Below are positions 33,773 through 39,605 of a stretch of 39,605 nucleotides of DNA, in pieces. Position 1 is the stretch's first letter. Each line of letters begins with the position of its first letter. The notes below the pieces were generated by a model that was not told the DNA's origin, did not search any database, and saw only the letters and a program-made list of their open reading frames with translations. The DNA lies in contig CAZRHU010000003.1 of NCBI GenBank assembly GCA_964600085.1, forward strand, positions 1 to 39,605. The letters run 5' to 3'. Made by a program: the position numbers and the translations under genes. The stretch comes from an uncultured Candidatus Saccharibacteria bacterium (lineage in GTDB: Bacteria; Patescibacteriota; Minisyncoccia; JACQLN01; CAZPCT01).

Positions 33773-33886
33773 CTACTTTTGTCTTTGTTTATGTTTAGGA
33801 TTCTTGCATATAACATACAGCCGGCCTTTTCGTCGGACTATTTTACAATTAGCACACATTTTCTTTACAGATGCACGAACCTTCAT
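33773..33886 (-). CDS. rpmJ: 50S ribosomal protein L36 (too short to appear in the ORF track)
   Basis: Hand translation of the minus strand gives [37 protein letters not shown] followed by a stop. This is the classic L36 CxxC...CxxxH pattern, located between infA and rpsM. Confidence 0.9.
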   Translation of the reverse strand: MKVRASVKKMCANCKIVRRKGRLYVICKNPKHKQRQK

Positions 33887-33996
33887 TATCTATCGTTTAT
33901 CTTATTTATTATCTACGCTTTGTATTCTCTTAATCCTAATGACTTAAATATTTTATTAGAATAATTAGGATTAATTAGAGGGTTAGGATTAGATTA
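33887..33996 (-). repeat. infA-rpmJ spacer, paralogous to 32773-32855 with a ~27-nt internal insertion
   Basis: See 32773-32855. Both copies begin at or within 3 nt of the upstream stop codon and end at the downstream ATG. Confidence 0.7.
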
Positions 33997-34212
33997 TTAT
34001 TTCTTACGATAAACTATCCTACCCTTTTCGTCATCGTAAGGAGTCATCTCTACTGTCACTTTATCGCCAGGTAATATACGAATAAAATAACGCCTCATCT
34101 TTCCAGAAAGATGAGCTATTATCTCTTTTCCATCTTCCAGTTCTACTCTAAAAGTAGTGCTGGGCAGGGTTTCTGTAACAACCCCTTCCTTTCGTATAAC
34201 GTCTTTTTTCAT
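33997..34212 (-). CDS. infA: Translation initiation factor IF-1
   Basis: 71-aa S1-like OB fold: [51 protein letters not shown]. Confidence 0.95.
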   Translation of the reverse strand: MKKDVIRKEGVVTETLPSTTFRVELEDGKEIIAHLSGKMRRYFIRILPGDKVTVEMTPYDDEKGRIVYRKK

Positions 34213-34230
34213 TATTTAACAACCTTAAAG

Positions 34231-34259
34231 AGTATAACAAAAGCCCTAAATAAGGTCAA
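34231..34259 (-). promoter_or_regulatory. Promoter of the infA-rpmJ-rpsM... operon (TTGACC-17-TATACT)
   Basis: On the minus strand, TTGACC is at 34259-34254, followed by a 17-nt spacer and TATACT at 34236-34231. Confidence 0.55.
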
Positions 34260-34357
34260 TGCTCTGATAAGCTTAGCAGAGATCTTCTTCTATAAAACAA
34301 TTTTTGTTATTAATTATTCTTAAATAGCTCGCCTTAAATCCCGCCAAAAAAGTTTAG

Positions 34358-34387
34358 GATAAAAAACACCCCGTCAGACGGGGTGTT
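34358..34387 (-). terminator. Intrinsic terminator of the small membrane-protein gene
   Basis: AACACCCCG (34365-34373) pairs with CGGGGTGTT (34379-34387). On the minus strand a T6 run follows. Confidence 0.7.
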
Positions 34388-34427
34388 TAAAACTCTCTAT
34401 GCAAACAAGGTGTAAGAGAGTGGGGTA

Positions 34428-34709
34428 CTAAGCTACTATTACACCAGATAGAAACTTGTCCATCTTAGAGAGAAAATAATTCCGAGAAAGAAGAATAATT
34501 AAAAGAGCTAATAAGGCGCCGAGCAAATGAAGAGTGAGTGTGTATAGACAGACAACACTAATAAAAATAATTGTTACCATTATTTTTCCTACTGAGAACC
34601 ACTTCATAATAAGGAGCTCACCCACAAATATGGGGGTGAGCCAAAAAATCAGAAGTCCTAGACAGTCAATCACCACCATGAGAATACTCACCTCTCTCTC
34701 CTTTCTCAA
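34428..34709 (-). CDS. Small three-TM membrane protein, unknown function (likely start at the ATG at 34679)
   Basis: Hydrophobic ORF of 83-93 aa. GGAGAGAGAGGTGA lies 8 nt upstream of the internal ATG. Hairpin terminators flank the gene on both sides. Confidence 0.5.
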   Translation of the reverse strand: MRKEREVSILMVVIDCLGLLIFWLTPIFVGELLIMKWFSVGKIMVTIIFISVVCLYTLTLHLLGALLALLIILLSRNYFLSKMDKFLSGVIVA

Positions 34710-34730
34710 GAGTTATAATCTTATAAAGAA

Positions 34731-34765
34731 CATAAATAAAACAATACCACTTAAGTGGTATTGTT
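34731..34765 (-). terminator. Intrinsic terminator of the 568-aa gene
   Basis: Perfect 13-bp palindrome AACAATACCACTT/AAGTGGTATTGTT at 34740-34765. On the minus strand it is followed by TTATTTATG. Confidence 0.65.
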
Positions 34766-34801
34766 GCAAGTTTAATAACTAATAAACCGACTAATTATTT
34801 T

Positions 34802-36508
34802 TTACATTCCAAATATTTGGACGTTCACCCTATCAGAATTTTTCGGAACACTCTTTACCCAGAAGGGCCAGAACTTAATCTCAACCCTCTCTATACCTTT
34901 AAAGCTGGGAAGTATCTGTTTAATCTCTTCTTTATTTTTCTTTAATATCGCTCCCCTAAAAGCACTGGTGTCTATATTTTTTATAACATCAACTTTAATA
35001 TGAAGAGTGACTGAGATATTTCCTCTTTGATAATCAACAACCGGTGGTTTAAGAAAGGTGATTTCTTTAGATTTAGGCATTATGATTTGATCTTCTGAAA
35101 GACGAGAGTTTATTTCTTCATTCAAGAGTTTTTCTAAGTGCTCTTCTTTAAAGGTAACGGCTCTGGCTACCATTTTAACACTAGCAGTAAAATTTTCTGC
35201 TGGCTCACCAACTTCTCTATCAGCTATCTTTTCAGCCACCTCTTCGTTGTAGGTCTCGTCCCATAAAACTAAACCATCTGGCAATCCTTCTTTAAACTTT
35301 TTTAAATCTGGAGCTATCTTAATTTTTAATGTTTCAAAGGCATTATTTAAATCTTCTTCAGAAACAACAACCGCTTGTCCTGTGAGGCCGCCTTCCATAG
35401 AACTTTCAGAGACAGCATAGATACCATCGTATCTCTCTGTTCCCTTTAAAGCAGGCATTCTAAAATTTGTAGGTTTAATATTATACTCTTCGCCGGCCTC
35501 ATCGGCAATAACCTCAATCTCAACACTTCCAGGGGTTGTTTGTCCGCCCTCAACAACCGCTCCGGGCACCTTTATATTTTTAGTTGTCCAGAATATTTTT
35601 CCATCGTCACTCTGAAAACGAGAAGGAATAAAAATCTGGGGACTAGACGAATAATTATTAAAAATGACTATTTTACCTCTAGCTTTTCTCTTAACATCTT
35701 CTAAGCCGGTGGAAGAAAATTCTTGCGTAGCGTTCTTCTCGGCAGTAAACACCTCGCCGGGAATAACGCCCTTCTCAATATCAACGCCTACGGCCTCCTT
35801 ATCAACCAAGATCTCAACATTAAAACTTGCTGTTTGGCGAACTGGATGAATTAAAATATCTGCTTTAGGAAGAACTTTTCCAAAAACAAATCCTGCTAGT
35901 AAAAAAGCAATAACGAGCACGCCTATTAACATCTTGGGAGTGCTCAACTTAAAGAACTTGTTAAAGTTTTTATCTTTATTATTTTTCCTGCGATTCTTTA
36001 TTTCGTTAAAACCGTTGCTCTTAGCCCTGGACTCACGATAAGAACGTATAAATTTAGCCTCTTTCTTATCACTCTTTTTAACTTTTTTAGCAGTTTCCTT
36101 TTTACTAGACGAACCCTTCTTCTTCTTTTTTGTGGTTGGCTTTGAAGATTTTTTTGAAGAAGATTTCTTTTTTTGGGGAACTATATCAGCCATTTTAGCC
36201 GATGCCTCAGAGATAAAAAAGTCGCCCTCTCCCGGTTGAGGGTTCTCAACGGTTATTCCAGCTCTTTCAGCAAAAACTCTTCCCATTACATCATTGGTAA
36301 CAATAGTTACACTCTTTTCTCCTGTTGTTGTAGCATCACGAAGAAGATAGGCGTCAACAATATTTTGAAGAATGTGGGCCCCACTGGGGACCACAAGAGC
36401 TACCTCGTTTTCTTCTTGTTCCGCCACCTTATCTATTACGGTATTAATATCATCTTCTGGATTAATATATATTCTAGAAGCCATAAACGTAAAAATTCCA
36501 AATACCAA
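34802..36508 (-). CDS. Bitopic protein of unknown function: cytoplasmic N-domain, Lys/Ser-rich linker, TM helix and a large extracytoplasmic beta-rich domain
   Basis: Low-complexity linker KKKSSSKKSSKPTTKKKKKGSSSKKETAKKVKKSDKK and TM helix MLIGVLVIAFLLAGFVFG. The C-terminal domain vaguely recalls the 'baseplate J-like' annotations seen on CPR proteins; this was not verifiable here. Confidence 0.5.
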   Translation of the reverse strand: MVFGIFTFMASRIYINPEDDINTVIDKVAEQEENEVALVVPSGAHILQNIVDAYLLRDATTTGEKSVTIVTNDVMGRVFAERAGITVENPQPGEGDFFISEASAKMADIVPQKKKSSSKKSSKPTTKKKKKGSSSKKETAKKVKKSDKKEAKFIRSYRESRAKSNGFNEIKNRRKNNKDKNFNKFFKLSTPKMLIGVLVIAFLLAGFVFGKVLPKADILIHPVRQTASFNVEILVDKEAVGVDIEKGVIPGEVFTAEKNATQEFSSTGLEDVKRKARGKIVIFNNYSSSPQIFIPSRFQSDDGKIFWTTKNIKVPGAVVEGGQTTPGSVEIEVIADEAGEEYNIKPTNFRMPALKGTERYDGIYAVSESSMEGGLTGQAVVVSEEDLNNAFETLKIKIAPDLKKFKEGLPDGLVLWDETYNEEVAEKIADREVGEPAENFTASVKMVARAVTFKEEHLEKLLNEEINSRLSEDQIIMPKSKEITFLKPPVVDYQRGNISVTLHIKVDVIKNIDTSAFRGAILKKNKEEIKQILPSFKGIERVEIKFWPFWVKSVPKNSDRVNVQIFGM

Positions 36509-36613
36509 ACTCCAAATTACAATTTGTTATTTTGAATTTAAGAGTTGGAATTTATTTGTGATTTATTATTTGTAATTTGAGATTTATATATATTATACCC
36601 CGAAATATAATCT

Positions 36614-38266
36614 TTATTCAACCACGGCCTTTATTCTTCTTATTCCTGACCCGCTTGAAGATTCCTTTTTTATTTTAAAGTTACCTATTTCTTTCGTGTT
36701 CTTTACGTGAGGTCCGCCACAAAACTCTTTACTGAAAACATCTCCTTCTTTATCTTGAATAAAGTAAATAGAAACCTCATCTCCATATTTTTTACCAAAC
36801 TCCATTTGGGCTCCTATCTCTTCCGCCTCTTCTTTAGTCATCTCTTTTCTTACAACATCTAATCCTTCCTTTATTTTATTATTAACAATATCTTCTACTT
36901 CTTGAAGTTGTTCTTTTGTTAAAGCTTCGGGGTGAGAGAAATCAATTCTTAAACGCTCTCGGGTTATATTTGATCCTCTTTGTTTAATGTGAGAACCAAG
37001 AACTTCTTGCAGAGCCGATAAGAGGAGGTGATGCGCCGTGTGTAAACAGATAGTTTTTAGATCATCGTCTGCCAAGCCACCCTTAAAAATTTCAGCGCCT
37101 TCTCTAGATACCTCTTGATGTTTTTTTAATTCTTTGTCAAAATCTTCTCTCTTTAAAGATGTTGTTTTATCGCCGGTAACATCTTTAATAACCTCAAAGG
37201 GCAGACCAAATGTCTGATAGAGATAAAAGGCCTTCTCTGTATTAATTTTGTCTAATTTATTTAACTCTTTCAAACCTCTCTCAAGAGTAATAGAAAATTT
37301 TTCTTTTTCTTTATTAAAAACTGATAACACTCTTTCTTTATTAAGTTCTGGATAAAAATCCTTATATTCTTCTACTATTGCTTTTATTAAATCTTCAGTA
37401 TCAATCTCATAACTCACAACTCTACGGATAAGTCGTCTTAGTATGTAGCCAGCCTCTTTATTAGATGGTTCTAAACCTTCACTTATAAGAAAGATTATAC
37501 CCCTTATGTGATCAGCTACTATTCTCTGTTTTTCTTTAGCTAAGTTATTTAATTGTCCTGATGTAATAAATTTAAATAAATCTGTTTCAAATATCGTCCG
37601 AGTGCCCTGGCTAACCATAGCCAGTCTCTCTAAACCCATCCCTGTATCTACCCCCGGAGTTTCTAACTTAGTAAACTTACCGTCTGAATGTTTGTAGTAT
37701 TCATTAAAAACAATATTCCAAATTTCTAGGCCATCTACATAGATTTCAGTTGTTGGTCCGCAAGGCCCCTCGTTACCGGTAGGTCCCCAAAAATTTTCCT
37801 TCCTATTAAACTTTTTAATTTCTATATTAGAATCTATAGATTTCCAAATTTTCTCTGATTCATCATCAGCTGGAGTCTCTTCATCGCCCTCAAAGACACT
37901 TACATAATCAATCTTTAAACCCATCTCTCTGGTTATAAAGTCATAACTATATTTTATTGCTTCTTCTTTAAAGTATCCGCCAAAAGAGAAGTTTCCAAGC
38001 ATTTCAAAGAAGGTTAGGTGGCTCTCATCGCCCACCTCGTCTACATCAGAAGTTCTAAAACACTTCTGAATAGAAACCGTGTTTTTACTATTAAAATCAC
38101 TCATCGGGTCTTTATAACCCGTATAGTATGGCTTAAATTGTTGCATACCAGCGGTTGTTAAAAGAACCGACGGATCATCAGATAAAAGAGAAGAAGACGG
38201 AACTATCTTGTGTCCTCTTTTTTTAAAATACTCTAAAAATTTTTCTCTTATTTCTTTTGAACTCAT
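36614..38266 (-). CDS. alaS: Alanyl-tRNA synthetase, compact form lacking the C-Ala domain
   Basis: N-terminus MSSKEIREKFLEYFKKRGHKIVPSSSL...TTAGMQQFKPYY. The editing-core motifs HTAHHLL and CGGPHV are present. The ORF ends at ...GIRRIKAVVE after 550 aa. Confidence 0.88.
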   Translation of the reverse strand: MSSKEIREKFLEYFKKRGHKIVPSSSLLSDDPSVLLTTAGMQQFKPYYTGYKDPMSDFNSKNTVSIQKCFRTSDVDEVGDESHLTFFEMLGNFSFGGYFKEEAIKYSYDFITREMGLKIDYVSVFEGDEETPADDESEKIWKSIDSNIEIKKFNRKENFWGPTGNEGPCGPTTEIYVDGLEIWNIVFNEYYKHSDGKFTKLETPGVDTGMGLERLAMVSQGTRTIFETDLFKFITSGQLNNLAKEKQRIVADHIRGIIFLISEGLEPSNKEAGYILRRLIRRVVSYEIDTEDLIKAIVEEYKDFYPELNKERVLSVFNKEKEKFSITLERGLKELNKLDKINTEKAFYLYQTFGLPFEVIKDVTGDKTTSLKREDFDKELKKHQEVSREGAEIFKGGLADDDLKTICLHTAHHLLLSALQEVLGSHIKQRGSNITRERLRIDFSHPEALTKEQLQEVEDIVNNKIKEGLDVVRKEMTKEEAEEIGAQMEFGKKYGDEVSIYFIQDKEGDVFSKEFCGGPHVKNTKEIGNFKIKKESSSGSGIRRIKAVVE

Positions 38267-38299
38267 TACTGATTTTAGTATTCTAGTGTTTTAATATTT

Positions 38300-39397
38300 T
38301 TATGAAATAATCCCTCCGCCCAATAATTCGTCTTTATAGTAGAAAACAACCGACTGACCGGAAGTAATAGCTCTTACCGGTTTTTTAAATGTAACACGCC
38401 AAGTGTTATTTTTTAAGGGTAATAAAACAGCCGGCACTGCTTTTTGCCTGTATCTTATCTGAGCAGTTACGTCTGTTTCCTTCTTTAAAACCTCGTTTAC
38501 AAAGCTTACATCTTCGGCAATTAAATCTTTTGAGAAGAGTTTATTTTCTTGAGACGGTGGAGCCACAATTAAAGTATTTGACTTCTCTTTTTTATCTACA
38601 ACATAGTAAGGGCCCGTTCCCCCCACCTCTATACCTCGTCTCTGACCGATTGTATAAAAAGATAACCCCTTATGCTTTCCTATTACTCGCCCCGACACAG
38701 TTAAGATTAATCCCTCTTCTGCCTCTATACGCTCTCTCAAAAAATCCTGAACATCTATAGGACCAATAAAACAAACTCCTTGAGAATCTTTCTTTTCTGC
38801 TACTGGTATTTTTCTCTCTCGAGCATATTCTCTAACCTCTTCTTTGGTTTTAAATTCCCCAATAGGAAAAAGTGTCTTCTTTAAATGTTTTTGTTTTAAA
38901 GTCCACAAAAAATAACTCTGATCTTTATTAGTATCACTACCCCTTAAAAGTTTATATTTTGAAAATTGAAAATTACCTGCCCGTTCCGCAAGCGGGAAAA
39001 ATGAAAACGATCGTCTGCGACGAGCGTGGTGTCCTGTCGCTACCATATTAGCTCCTTCTGATATAGCTTTATCAAAAAACAAGCCGAATTTTATTTCTTT
39101 GTTACACATTATATCAGGATTAGGAGTTTTTCCTTTTTTATATTCAGATATCATATAGTCCACCACTTTCTTTTTATAATCATCCGTAAAATCCCAGTCC
39201 TTAAAAGGGACGTTTAAGTGAGCGCAAACACGTATAACATCTCGCCTTTCTTCTCTCCAAGGGCACGGCCTACCCTCTGGAGACCAGGTCTTCATATATA
39301 CGCCGACAATATTATAACCCTGATCTTTTAGTATAGATACGGCCACTGATGAATCTACACCACCCGACATTGCTGTGTAAACTTTCTTCTTATCCAT
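38300..39397 (-). CDS. mnmA: tRNA 2-thiouridine(34) synthase MnmA
   Basis: PP-loop AMSGGVDSSVA, the ATGHHAR block, KDQSYFL and the C-terminal barrel motif GQSVVFY. Confidence 0.9.
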   Translation of the reverse strand: MDKKKVYTAMSGGVDSSVAVSILKDQGYNIVGVYMKTWSPEGRPCPWREERRDVIRVCAHLNVPFKDWDFTDDYKKKVVDYMISEYKKGKTPNPDIMCNKEIKFGLFFDKAISEGANMVATGHHARRRRSFSFFPLAERAGNFQFSKYKLLRGSDTNKDQSYFLWTLKQKHLKKTLFPIGEFKTKEEVREYARERKIPVAEKKDSQGVCFIGPIDVQDFLRERIEAEEGLILTVSGRVIGKHKGLSFYTIGQRRGIEVGGTGPYYVVDKKEKSNTLIVAPPSQENKLFSKDLIAEDVSFVNEVLKKETDVTAQIRYRQKAVPAVLLPLKNNTWRVTFKKPVRAITSGQSVVFYYKDELLGGGIIS

Positions 39398-39405
39398 AGA
39401 TAAAT

Positions 39406-39414
39406 ATTATAACA
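39406..39414 (-). promoter_or_regulatory. Extended -10 element TGTTATAAT 8 nt upstream of the mnmA ATG
   Basis: The plus strand reads ATTATAACA at 39406-39414. The 9-mer is identical to the two in the 10689-10726 palindrome. Confidence 0.5.
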
Positions 39415-39425
39415 AAAAACAAACA

Positions 39426-39545
39426 AAAGCCCCCACTCCTTTTGACGGAGATGGGGGCTTTGAGGTTGAAGGAACGTGAGAGAGATTGAAACGAGGAGTG
39501 AGTCTTTCTTGAGAGGTGCTCATTATTTCTTCTCCTTGTGTGGAG
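39426..39545 (-). ncRNA. Candidate small RNA or micro-ORF transcript ending in a strong terminator (third GC-richer island; the promoter side is cut by the window edge)
   Basis: Hairpin AAAGCCCCCACTCC / GGAG(A)TGGGGGCTTT at 39426-39461, followed on the minus strand by TGTTTGTTTTTTGTT. AAGGAG lies 8 nt upstream of the ATG at 39523. The resulting 38-codon ORF runs through the terminator. Confidence 0.3.
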
Positions 39546-39605
39546 TTTTGGAAGGTACTTTTATACTATTTTAGATAGCATAGATGATTTAGTTTGTAAA
39601 GAGTC

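Noticed and set aside
33779-33964. 61-aa plus-strand ORF in the infA-rpsM gap
   Set aside because: It is the antisense shadow of rpmJ (L36, 33773..33886 on the minus strand), whose translation is an unmistakable L36 sequence.
39407-39523. The 38-aa ORF in the third island as a real protein gene
   Set aside because: Its 3' third is the terminator hairpin, and its stop codon lies beyond the U-run where termination should occur. I keep it only as a micro-ORF/sRNA candidate.

Overview
AT-rich, gene-dense bacterial fragment. Hand-counted 60-nt samples give about 28% G+C in ordinary genes. The gene content looks like a reduced-genome Patescibacteria/CPR-type organism using the standard genetic code.

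The backbone is housekeeping:
- priA-def-fmt, dnaX and tRNA-Gln
- serS, lysS, greA and folD
- mreB-mreC-mreD-PBP2
- proS, rseP, frr, holB and a second mreB
- a ribosomal/RNAP block: infA-rpmJ-rpsM-rpsK-rpsD-rpoA-rplQ-rplM-rpsI
- alaS and mnmA

Several core proteins are visibly minimised or degenerate:
- RpoA has no alpha-CTD.
- ProRS has no INS domain.
- AlaRS has no C-Ala domain.
- PriA has lost helicase motif VI.

Accessory content:
1. The most interesting locus is a tandem array of one full and two internally deleted copies of a tiny GIY-YIG element, sitting directly on the 5' end of tRNA-Gln(UUG). Each copy carries a scrambled pseudo-tRNA head.
2. There are three short GC-rich islands (about 50-67% G+C in sampled stretches). 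The two complete ones have a near-consensus sigma70 promoter, a canonical Shine-Dalgarno and an intrinsic terminator. One encodes a small lipoprotein-like ORF, one a 91-aa extremely Arg-rich ORF or a structured RNA. The third, at the window edge, holds a micro-ORF or small RNA.
3. An orphan TraD/VirD4-like ATPase module lies next to a GtrA plus twin GT39 glycosylation cluster.

Most native genes lack a Shine-Dalgarno, and several have a -10 box 6-9 nt upstream of the start codon, suggesting leaderless mRNAs. One example is a perfectly palindromic divergent promoter. No CRISPR array, rRNA or classical IS was seen.
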